A DNA stretch of 64,000 nt from Lachnospiraceae bacterium UBA1721 (GTDB lineage: Bacteria; Bacillota; Clostridia; Lachnospirales; Lachnospiraceae), in assembly GCA_002317155.1 (NCBI GenBank), contig DCIR01000012.1:23976-87975 (forward strand), given 5' to 3'. Of the stretch, positions 49,704 to 57,636 are shown piece by piece (the stretch's first letter is position 1; the number at the start of each line of letters is the position of its first letter). A model generated the notes under the pieces. That model saw only the letters and a program-made list of their open reading frames with translations, was not told the DNA's origin and searched no databases. The translations under genes and the position numbers were made by a program.

Positions 49704-49770
49704 ATTCCCTCCTTAACATAAAAGAGGGAGTACTGCTGCTGATTAAAATAATATCGTAAGAAGCAACTCA

Positions 49771-51273
49771 TTACAAGAAGAAAAGATTAACTGTTTCATC
49801 TAATTTTTCAGTCTCTTCTTCGATATCAGCTCCATCCCAAATTCTGGCAAAAAGAGCTTCCAATTCCATCCAGAAATTTTCAAGTTCAATAATCTTAGGA
49901 AGCGGTACGCTCTCCGCATACTCAGCATCGAATACCTTCAGGTCCTCATATGCAGCGTTAGCCTTAATATTGGCTGCCGGTTTACCGCATCTTGTGTAAA
50001 GTTCATCCGCAAAATCATTTACCAGATAAGCAGCAAATGCATTTGCGAGTTCCTTTTTCTCTGAATATCCGTTTACAACAACCGCAGTTGTAGTAGACAT
50101 ATTACGGCTTGAAATTTCCTCGTTGATATCCGGAATCATAGCAAATCCATACTCAAAATCAATTCGGCCATCTTCTTTAGCCTTATTCAGAGTATTTACC
50201 ACATCAACCGATGCAATGGTAAAAAGCATCTTACCGTCGATAAAATCCTCTACCACATCATCGTAATCAACTGCATCAGCCTCAATATAGAAAAATTCAT
50301 TGAGATACTGATAATAATTCAAGCATATACGTGAACCTTCGTTATTGAGCGAAATCTGGTTCTCATCATCACCGTATTCACCGCCCAAATTAACGACATC
50401 ACCTATCATCCAGAAATTATAGAATATGTCGGATACATCCCAAGTCATAACTCCTTCTGCGCCATCCGGTGCATTAAAGGTATTAGCTATGGTAAGAAGT
50501 TCATTTAGGGTCTGAGGAAGCGCAGTCTCATACACCTCCGCAGTCTTACTCTCAAGAGCAGTCACCTTCTCTTCATCAGACAATTCTTTATAGGGAACCA
50601 GCTCTGAATCAATCTCATAGTGGTCAACTTCATCCTCATCAAGCTCAGTTACCCAGTCTGACTCGTTGGCCTCTTCAAGCTCCGCATTTACATTAGCCAG
50701 ATAATCGGTAAGGACATAATCCTCAGCCTCTTCGAGCAAAATAGCAAGTGCTTTCTCCTCTGCCCATGTGTGCAGATAATCTTTGTTATATACGAGAGCA
50801 CTTGTATTATATGCCAAAGGATATCCTACCAATTTACCGTCATATGTAACCGCATCGAGCGCTACCTGTGAGAAATTAGCGGTGTTGCATACACCGGCCG
50901 CATCGTCAATCTCTGTTGCCAGTCCTGCAAGTGTTGCCATCTCCAGTTCAGACGTATCCAGTAAATACGCATCAGGCATCTGCTCATTATAAACAGAGGC
51001 CTTATTTACGGTTTCTATGTAGTTTTCTACTGTAATAAGCATAGGAAAAACGTGAACATTATTCTGCTCACCGAAATCAACCGCTGCTTTATTTATATAG
51101 TCAGAAAGCTCGGGATCTGAGTACCAGAAATATATGGTATCTTCTCGCGTATACCATGCAGTTATTTCTTCCTCACCCTCCGGGCTCTTCATCTCCATTC
51201 TGCCGGCGAACATTACACCTGCCGCCAGCAGAATTACTAATATCACACTTATAAATCTTTTTTGCAAACTCAT
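49771..51273 (-). CDS. Extracellular solute-binding protein (sugar family 1-like)
   Basis: Signal/TM anchor, YDGKLVGYPLAYNT, FIDGKMLF. Confidence 0.75.
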   Translation of the reverse strand: MSLQKRFISVILVILLAAGVMFAGRMEMKSPEGEEEITAWYTREDTIYFWYSDPELSDYINKAAVDFGEQNNVHVFPMLITVENYIETVNKASVYNEQMPDAYLLDTSELEMATLAGLATEIDDAAGVCNTANFSQVALDAVTYDGKLVGYPLAYNTSALVYNKDYLHTWAEEKALAILLEEAEDYVLTDYLANVNAELEEANESDWVTELDEDEVDHYEIDSELVPYKELSDEEKVTALESKTAEVYETALPQTLNELLTIANTFNAPDGAEGVMTWDVSDIFYNFWMIGDVVNLGGEYGDDENQISLNNEGSRICLNYYQYLNEFFYIEADAVDYDDVVEDFIDGKMLFTIASVDVVNTLNKAKEDGRIDFEYGFAMIPDINEEISSRNMSTTTAVVVNGYSEKKELANAFAAYLVNDFADELYTRCGKPAANIKANAAYEDLKVFDAEYAESVPLPKIIELENFWMELEALFARIWDGADIEEETEKLDETVNLFFL

Positions 51274-51299
51274 TTTTATCCCTTAGACTACAGAATAAA

Positions 51300-52493
51300 T
51301 TAATCAATACACTTATCAAGAATTGCGACCATTTCATCCACATCTGCCTTCTCGATAACGAGCGGAGGCACAAAACGAAGGATATTTGTTCCGGCATTGA
51401 TGAGGATAAGTCCATTCTCGAGTGCCTTATTGATTACCGGTGCTACAGGCTCTTCAAATACAAGTCCCTGCATAAGTCCGGCTCCACGGTGCTCCTTAAT
51501 CTGAGGATGCTTAGCCATAAGCTCATCAAGCTTTTCCCAAAGATAAGGGCCAACCTCCTGTACATGTCCGGCGATATCATCACGTTCAAAAATCTCAAGA
51601 ACCTTATTAACTGCAGCACATGCAAGAGGATTACCACCATAAGTAGTACCGTGATCACCTGCAACAAGTGAGTTCTGACCTACTTTTTCAGTCATCATAA
51701 ATGCACCGACGGGAACACCGCAGCCAAGTGCTTTTGCAGAAGTCATAATATCAGGCTTTACACCATACTTCTGCCATGCAAAATTATAACCGGTACGACC
51801 CATACCACACTGAATCTCATCAAGGATAAGAAGCATATCCTTCTCATCACAAAGCGCACGCACTTTCTTTAAGAAGTCTTCAGTAGCAGGAGTAAGTCCG
51901 CCTTCACCCTGTACAGTCTCCATAATGATTGCACAAGTCTTATCTGTAACCTGAGCAAGAACAGAATCAAAATCATTGTAATCAGCAAATTTAATATTAC
52001 CGATACCTGGCTCAAAAGCCTCACGATAGTGAGCATTACCTGTAACAGAAAGTGCACCCATTGTACGTCCGTGGAATGAATGATTCATGGCAATGATCTC
52101 ATGATCGGTAGTGCCGTCCTTAAGGAAAGCATACTTACGAGCTGCCTTGATTGCACCTTCTATAGCTTCTGCGCCTGAATTTGTGAAGAATACGCGATCC
52201 ATTCCTGAAAGCTTCTTGACACGCTTAGCTGCCTCAATAGCAGGTACATTATAGTAATAATTAGATGTGTGAAGGAGCTTATCGATCTGTCCCTTCAAAG
52301 TATCATTGTATTCCTGATTACCATAGCCAAGCGCAAATACTGCAATACCTGCTACAAAATCAAGATACTTTTTGCCTTCAAGATCGTAAAGATATACGCC
52401 TTCACCCTTATCCAGAACAATCTGATAACGATTATAGGTGTGGAGCAATGCCTTCTCGGCATCCTCAATATAATTTTCCATTAACTGTCCCAT
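51300..52493 (-). CDS. argD: Acetylornithine aminotransferase
   Basis: FTNSGAEA, SFHGRT, LDEIQCG, SAKALGCG, HGTTYGGNP. Likely start 52493. Confidence 0.95.
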   Translation of the reverse strand: MGQLMENYIEDAEKALLHTYNRYQIVLDKGEGVYLYDLEGKKYLDFVAGIAVFALGYGNQEYNDTLKGQIDKLLHTSNYYYNVPAIEAAKRVKKLSGMDRVFFTNSGAEAIEGAIKAARKYAFLKDGTTDHEIIAMNHSFHGRTMGALSVTGNAHYREAFEPGIGNIKFADYNDFDSVLAQVTDKTCAIIMETVQGEGGLTPATEDFLKKVRALCDEKDMLLILDEIQCGMGRTGYNFAWQKYGVKPDIMTSAKALGCGVPVGAFMMTEKVGQNSLVAGDHGTTYGGNPLACAAVNKVLEIFERDDIAGHVQEVGPYLWEKLDELMAKHPQIKEHRGAGLMQGLVFEEPVAPVINKALENGLILINAGTNILRFVPPLVIEKADVDEMVAILDKCID

Positions 52494-52536
52494 AACTAAC
52501 CCCTTATTATCCAAAGCACATTAACAAATACAAAAA

Positions 52537-53457
52537 TTAGTGATTACAAAACTCATCTCTTGCAACACCAAGAGCAAGATTATCATCATCTGCAATAATA
52601 GCGGTTCCGATACCATCCTTGGTGAAAATCTCAAGAAGCAGGCAGTGAAGAAGTCTTCCGTCAAGGATATGAACTCTGTTAACACCTGCGCGAATAGCTG
52701 AAGTGCAGTTGTTAAGCTTAGGAAGCATACCACCTCCGATAATTCCGCTGTCGATAAGCTCTTCTGCCTCGCTGGCAGTAATTCTGGAGATGAATGATGA
52801 CTTATCATTGATATCTCTGTAAAGACCTTCAATATCTGTAAGGAATACAAGCTTATCTGCGCCGACTGCCTTGGCAATAGCACATGCAGCATCATCTGCA
52901 TTGATGTTATAGGTCTGGAACTTATCATCAAGTCCGATAGGAGCAACGATAGGAAGGAAATCGTTGTCTAAAAGATCATAAAGGATCTTGCTGTCTACAT
53001 CCTTGATATCTCCTACGAATCCGATATCCTGACCGTTCGAAAGCTTCTTATCTACCTTGAGAAGTCCGCCGTCCTTACCACTGATACCTACGGCCTTAAC
53101 ACCGAGCTCCTGTACCATAGTAACAAGATTCTTGTTTACTCTGTTAAGTACCATTTCAGCAATTTCCATGGTCTCTTCATCAGTAACACGAAGTCCGTTA
53201 ACAAACTGTGCTTCCTTGCCGACCTTGCTTACCCAGCGGCTGATTTCCTTACCACCGCCATGAACAATGATAGGCTTAAATCCAACAAGCTTAAGAAGAG
53301 TTACGTCCTTAATAACATTCTTCTGAAGCTCAGGATCTACCATTGCACTTCCGCCGTACTTAACTACAATAATCTTACGATTAAATCTCTGAATATAAGG
53401 CAGTGCCTCAATGAGAGTTTCTGCTTTTTTCATTACATCTGTCATATCCTGTGCCAT
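52537..53457 (-). CDS. argB: Acetylglutamate kinase
   Basis: [27 protein letters not shown]. Confidence 0.96.
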   Translation of the reverse strand: MAQDMTDVMKKAETLIEALPYIQRFNRKIIVVKYGGSAMVDPELQKNVIKDVTLLKLVGFKPIIVHGGGKEISRWVSKVGKEAQFVNGLRVTDEETMEIAEMVLNRVNKNLVTMVQELGVKAVGISGKDGGLLKVDKKLSNGQDIGFVGDIKDVDSKILYDLLDNDFLPIVAPIGLDDKFQTYNINADDAACAIAKAVGADKLVFLTDIEGLYRDINDKSSFISRITASEAEELIDSGIIGGGMLPKLNNCTSAIRAGVNRVHILDGRLLHCLLLEIFTKDGIGTAIIADDDNLALGVARDEFCNH

Positions 53458-53496
53458 TTTTCATTTCTCCTCTGAATTCACTTTATACCAAAACAG

Positions 53497-54720
53497 TTAT
53501 GAACGATAATCTGCGTTAATCTTAACGTAATCATAAGTAAGGTCACATCCGAAAGCGGTAGCTTCCTCTATTCCCTCATGCATATCTACAAATACGGTAA
53601 CTTCCTCTTCCTTCATGATTTCAACAGCCTTCTCTTCATCAAATGCAAGAGGAGTTCCCTTGTCAAATACCTGAAGCTTGCCGGCCTTGCTCACAAAGAA
53701 AAGCTCAACGTCATTCTGATCGAACTGCGCACCTGAATAACCCATTGCACACAAAAATCTTCCGAAGTTAGCATCACATCCGTAAATAGCAGCCTTTGAA
53801 AGGTTTGAACCAACAATCGCTCTTGCGAGTGTTCTTGCATCAGCCTTACTCTTGGCATTTACAACCTGTGCCTCGAAAAGCTTGGTAGCGCCCTCTCCGT
53901 CTCCTGCCATTCTTCTTGCAAGATAGCGGCATACGAAGAAAAGTGCCTCACGGAAAGTATCATAATCAGCGTTCTTCTCAGTAATCTTATCATTCTGAGC
54001 AAGTCCGTCAGCCATGATAAGAAGTGTGTCGTTGGTAGAAGTATCGCCGTCTACTGTAATCATATTGAAAGTATCAAGTATAACCTCGCTGAGCGCCTCC
54101 TGAAGAAGCTTCTTCTCAATTGCAAGGTCTGTAGTCAGGAATCCGAGCATGGTGCACATATTAGGATGAATCATTCCGGAGCCCTTACTCATACCACCAA
54201 GAGTAACTGTCTTGCCGCCAACTTCAAAGCTTACAGCAATCTCTTTATTGATAGTATCTGTAGTCATAATAGCCTTAGATGCTGCAGTACCTGCCTCCAT
54301 GGTATCAGAAAGTTCTGCGCTCATAGCCTTAACACCGTTAACAAGTTTCTCAACAGGAAGCTGCATTCCGATGACACCGGTAGATGCTACTGCAACGCTC
54401 TCAAAAGGAATACCCATGGTCTCTTCTACTGCCTTCGCGGTAGCTTCACACGCATCGAAACCTTCCTTACCGGTGCAGGCATTTGCGATACCCGAATTAA
54501 CAACAACAGCCTGCATAGGCTTACCTGAATATGTAAGCTTCATATCCCACTGAACACATGCAGCCTTAACTACATTGCTTGTAAAAGTACCTGCGCACTC
54601 ACAGGGAACATCACAGGTAACCATAGCCATATCAGTTCTTCCCTGATACTTAATTCCTGCAGCAGTAACAGCTGCCTTAAAACCCTTTGCTGCGGTAACA
54701 CCGCCTTCAATCTGCTTCAT
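53497..54720 (-). CDS. argJ: Bifunctional ornithine acetyltransferase / N-acetylglutamate synthase
   Basis: GIANACTG, STGVIG, KGSGMIHPNMCTML, DGDTSTND, DGEGATK. Confidence 0.97.
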   Translation of the reverse strand: MKQIEGGVTAAKGFKAAVTAAGIKYQGRTDMAMVTCDVPCECAGTFTSNVVKAACVQWDMKLTYSGKPMQAVVVNSGIANACTGKEGFDACEATAKAVEETMGIPFESVAVASTGVIGMQLPVEKLVNGVKAMSAELSDTMEAGTAASKAIMTTDTINKEIAVSFEVGGKTVTLGGMSKGSGMIHPNMCTMLGFLTTDLAIEKKLLQEALSEVILDTFNMITVDGDTSTNDTLLIMADGLAQNDKITEKNADYDTFREALFFVCRYLARRMAGDGEGATKLFEAQVVNAKSKADARTLARAIVGSNLSKAAIYGCDANFGRFLCAMGYSGAQFDQNDVELFFVSKAGKLQVFDKGTPLAFDEEKAVEIMKEEEVTVFVDMHEGIEEATAFGCDLTYDYVKINADYRS

Positions 54721-54755
54721 ATCATTTATCCTCTTTAATAATATTCATTCGCACA

Positions 54756-55211
54756 TTACTGATTAAATGCGATTATATTTGCCTCGTTCAATGTAAAATC
54801 ATAGTAGTTAAGATCCAGTCTCTCGGTCCATCCGATGCAATGCCAGAATGCATTACCTATATCATTAACCGAGAACGCAATCAGACTAACCTTGTTAATG
54901 CCCTCAGCTCTGAGTGCATTCATGCAAAAAACAACCATGTCCTTGCCAATACCGTTTCTTCTGCAGTCCTCACGTACACATACGTGGTACAGGCATCCTC
55001 TGCGTCCGTCATGTCCGCACAAAATTGCTCCTACAATCTCGCCGTTATCTGCGACAGCTACAGTCGAAGTGGTAGGATTACGTCTCAAAAATCTCTCGAC
55101 GCCTTCTCTTGAATCATCGATACTTCTAATTGCAAAACCGTGGATGGTCATCCATAATGCCCTAACTCCATCGTAGTCTTCAATTGTCATTGTACGCACA
55201 GTATAATTCAT
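54756..55211 (-). CDS. GNAT N-acetyltransferase (YpeA-like)
   Basis: VGAILCGHDGRRGCLYHVCV...RRNGIG acetyl-CoA motif. Confidence 0.88.
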   Translation of the reverse strand: MNYTVRTMTIEDYDGVRALWMTIHGFAIRSIDDSREGVERFLRRNPTTSTVAVADNGEIVGAILCGHDGRRGCLYHVCVREDCRRNGIGKDMVVFCMNALRAEGINKVSLIAFSVNDIGNAFWHCIGWTERLDLNYYDFTLNEANIIAFNQ

Positions 55212-55336
55212 TCCTGTTCACCCTTCGACAGCCTCTCGGTATAAAAAAACGCAACAAAATTCAACGAAAAACTAAGCGCTCCTCGGAGCACTTGCTTCTA
55301 TAGAATAACACTTTTTTTAATTTTGTCTACTGATAT

Positions 55337-55381
55337 TTCATTTTTATGCACAAATCTTTTAGGTTAATGTATATTTATGCA
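55337..55381. promoter_or_regulatory. ArgR (ARG) boxes upstream of the GNAT-argJBD operon
   Basis: TGTATATTTATGCA (55368-55381) and TTCATTTTTATGCA (55337-55350) against TGNATwwwwATNCA; weaker copies near 55390 and 55410. Confidence 0.7.
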
Positions 55382-55443
55382 TCATTTTGTGAATATTTAC
55401 TGTTTTATGCGTATAAATATACTATTTGCATTTTGATATGTTC

Positions 55444-55472
55444 TTGAAAATAATAATTCTCCGATGTATATT
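55444..55472 (+). promoter_or_regulatory. sigmaA promoter for the small protein gene
   Basis: TTGAAA (55444-55449), 17 nt, TATATT (55467-55472). Confidence 0.6.
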
Positions 55473-55533
55473 AGTTACAGGTACATTATTTTTTGATAAT
55501 TATCGCCTAGCGATAAGGAAAGTAGAGGACTAA

Positions 55534-55752
55534 ATGGATATCAAAGCACAGGTACAGGCAGCTATTAAAAAAATCACCGAGGATCCCAAGCAGCTCGCTA
55601 ATTTCAAGAACGATCCCGTCAAGACTGTAGAAGGAGTTATCGGCGTAGATCTTCCTGATGATGTAATCAATCAGGTTGTTGCAGGCGTTAAGGCAAAGAC
55701 AGCTGCATCAAAGGCTTCAGATGCAATCGGAAATATCAAAAAGCTTTTCTAA
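55534..55752 (+). CDS. Small hypothetical protein (72 aa)
   Basis: Own promoter, AGAGG RBS and terminator. Confidence 0.85.
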   Translation: MDIKAQVQAAIKKITEDPKQLANFKNDPVKTVEGVIGVDLPDDVINQVVAGVKAKTAASKASDAIGNIKKLF

Positions 55753-55813
55753 TTTTTAACTTTTTGATTTTCAGTTTCAATTTCTAATAAAATGCCAATA
55801 GGCGCACCAATAC

Positions 55814-55843
55814 AAAAAGCGGCCGGATTACCCGACCGCTTTT
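55814..55843. terminator. Bidirectional terminator
   Basis: AAAAAGCGGCCGG...CCGACCGCTTTT between convergent genes. Confidence 0.8.
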
Positions 55844-55926
55844 ATTCTTCGTATCATCTAAACTACCAATAGCTTATCTCTCGCCCGACATCAAAGCTCA
55901 TTTGGCGCGCTTATAGCCCAAGGAAC

Positions 55927-57240
55927 CTATCTCTCGCACTTCCAGAAAAATGCACTGTAAGGAGGGAGCTCACTTCCGCCTCCGAAATCATGCTCTGCTC
56001 CGGTGATAAGATCAACCGCCTTACCGCATCCGGCATCAAAATGTGCAGTATATGGATTCTCATCCATATTGATAGCCACAAGAACTCTCTCTCCATCGCA
56101 GCATCTTTGGAAGATACACTGACGATTGGTGAGTACAATCGATCTAAAATCTCCGTAATTCAAAGCCTTTGAATTCTTCTTAGCTTCCGCCATTTTAGAT
56201 ATAAAATCAGTGAGTTCATTCCACTCAGGATTCTCAAAGCATGCTCTGAGTGCGGGATCGCCTTCCTCTTTGCGAGCCTTTGCTCCCCACTCACTTCCGT
56301 AATAAACCACAGGAATTCCGGGCATACCAAAACACATCGCATATACCAGCGGAATATGTTTTTCATTTGCAAGTATAGATGCAATTCTGGTCACATCATG
56401 ATTATCGCAGAAGCTGAACAGATGTGAGCCTCTTGCAACCGTCCAATCTTCAGGTCCGAACATTCTTGCAAGCGAATGAACGATTTCGAACATATTGTAA
56501 CTGTTAAATGCAGAATATATTCCCTTGTAGCACTGATAATTGGTCAGCGAATGGAACTGCTTAGCTTCAAGCATTCTTCCGTATTCGCCGTGAAGTACTT
56601 CACCCACGAGGAAGAAATCATTCTTTATACTGTCACAATGTCCTCTGAGTCTTCTGCAGAAATCATCATTAAGACAATATGCAACATCAAGTCTCAGTCC
56701 ATCTATGTCAAATTCCTTAACCCAGCCTGTAACACAGTCGAAAATATGTCTTACTACATCTTCGTTATACAGATTAAGCTTTACCAGGTCATAGTTGCCT
56801 TCCCAGCCTTCATACCATAATCCATCGTTATAATTCGAATTACCATCAAAAGCAATTCTCGCAAACCAATTTACGTAAGGAGAATTCTCTCTGTTCTTAA
56901 GTACATCCTGAAAAGCCCAAAAACCACGGCCAACATGATTAAACACACCGTCAAGAACTACTTTGATTCCATTCTCATGCAGTTTTTTACAGACAAGTGC
57001 AAAATCTTCATTGCTTCCGAGTCTTGTATCGATCTTGCTGTAATCTCTGGTGTTGTAACCATGAGTATCTGACTCAAATACAGGCGAAAAATAAATCGCA
57101 TTGATTCCCATCTTCTTAATATGAGGAATCCAATCAATAACCTTTAAAATTCTGCTTTCGGCAACACCATCGTTCTCAAATGGTGCACCGCAAAAACCAA
57201 GTGGATAAATCTGATAAAAAACACTCTCATATGCCCACAT
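55927..57240 (-). CDS. GH13 alpha-amylase family (cyclomaltodextrinase-like)
   Basis: DGVFNH, DGLRLDVA, GEV, DNHD catalytic regions. Confidence 0.92.
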   Translation of the reverse strand: MWAYESVFYQIYPLGFCGAPFENDGVAESRILKVIDWIPHIKKMGINAIYFSPVFESDTHGYNTRDYSKIDTRLGSNEDFALVCKKLHENGIKVVLDGVFNHVGRGFWAFQDVLKNRENSPYVNWFARIAFDGNSNYNDGLWYEGWEGNYDLVKLNLYNEDVVRHIFDCVTGWVKEFDIDGLRLDVAYCLNDDFCRRLRGHCDSIKNDFFLVGEVLHGEYGRMLEAKQFHSLTNYQCYKGIYSAFNSYNMFEIVHSLARMFGPEDWTVARGSHLFSFCDNHDVTRIASILANEKHIPLVYAMCFGMPGIPVVYYGSEWGAKARKEEGDPALRACFENPEWNELTDFISKMAEAKKNSKALNYGDFRSIVLTNRQCIFQRCCDGERVLVAINMDENPYTAHFDAGCGKAVDLITGAEHDFGGGSELPPYSAFFWKCER

Positions 57241-57401
57241 AGTATATCACCTCCGTGTGATGTAATTATTCCTTTTCAATTTTCCCATAAATAGCCCCAA
57301 AAGTAAACGGCGTGTCGGTACAAAAATGGTTTACATAGTTTTCTTCGATATCATACGTTATTTTAAATAGTGACAGAACATTTTGCAAGGTTGACACACA
57401 G

Positions 57402-57487
57402 GTATCCACCAGACTGTCGTGTCATAAACATATTCAATTTACTGGGCATGCGCACTATAATCCACAGTATCCACCAAGTTATCCACA
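57402..57487. promoter_or_regulatory. Cluster of DnaA-box-like 9-mers
   Basis: TTATCCACA (57479-57487, perfect), TAATCCACA (57458-57466), GTATCCACC (57467-57475 and 57402-57410), all in the same orientation. Confidence 0.45.
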
Positions 57488-57636
57488 TCTGTCATCAGTG
57501 TCATTAATTGCAAATATTTGATGTCATTTATGACTTTTTTGCAATTATGACGTCATTTCAGATTTTGCTATGGTTTACATAACTCGTCGCATATTTAATG
57601 TCTTTTTTCGTCTGTCATAAATTTAACACGCAACCT

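Noticed and set aside
57562-57589. TTATGTAAACC (minus) resembles the XerD arm of dif
   Set aside because: No XerC arm, and gene orientation does not switch here, so a terminus is unlikely.
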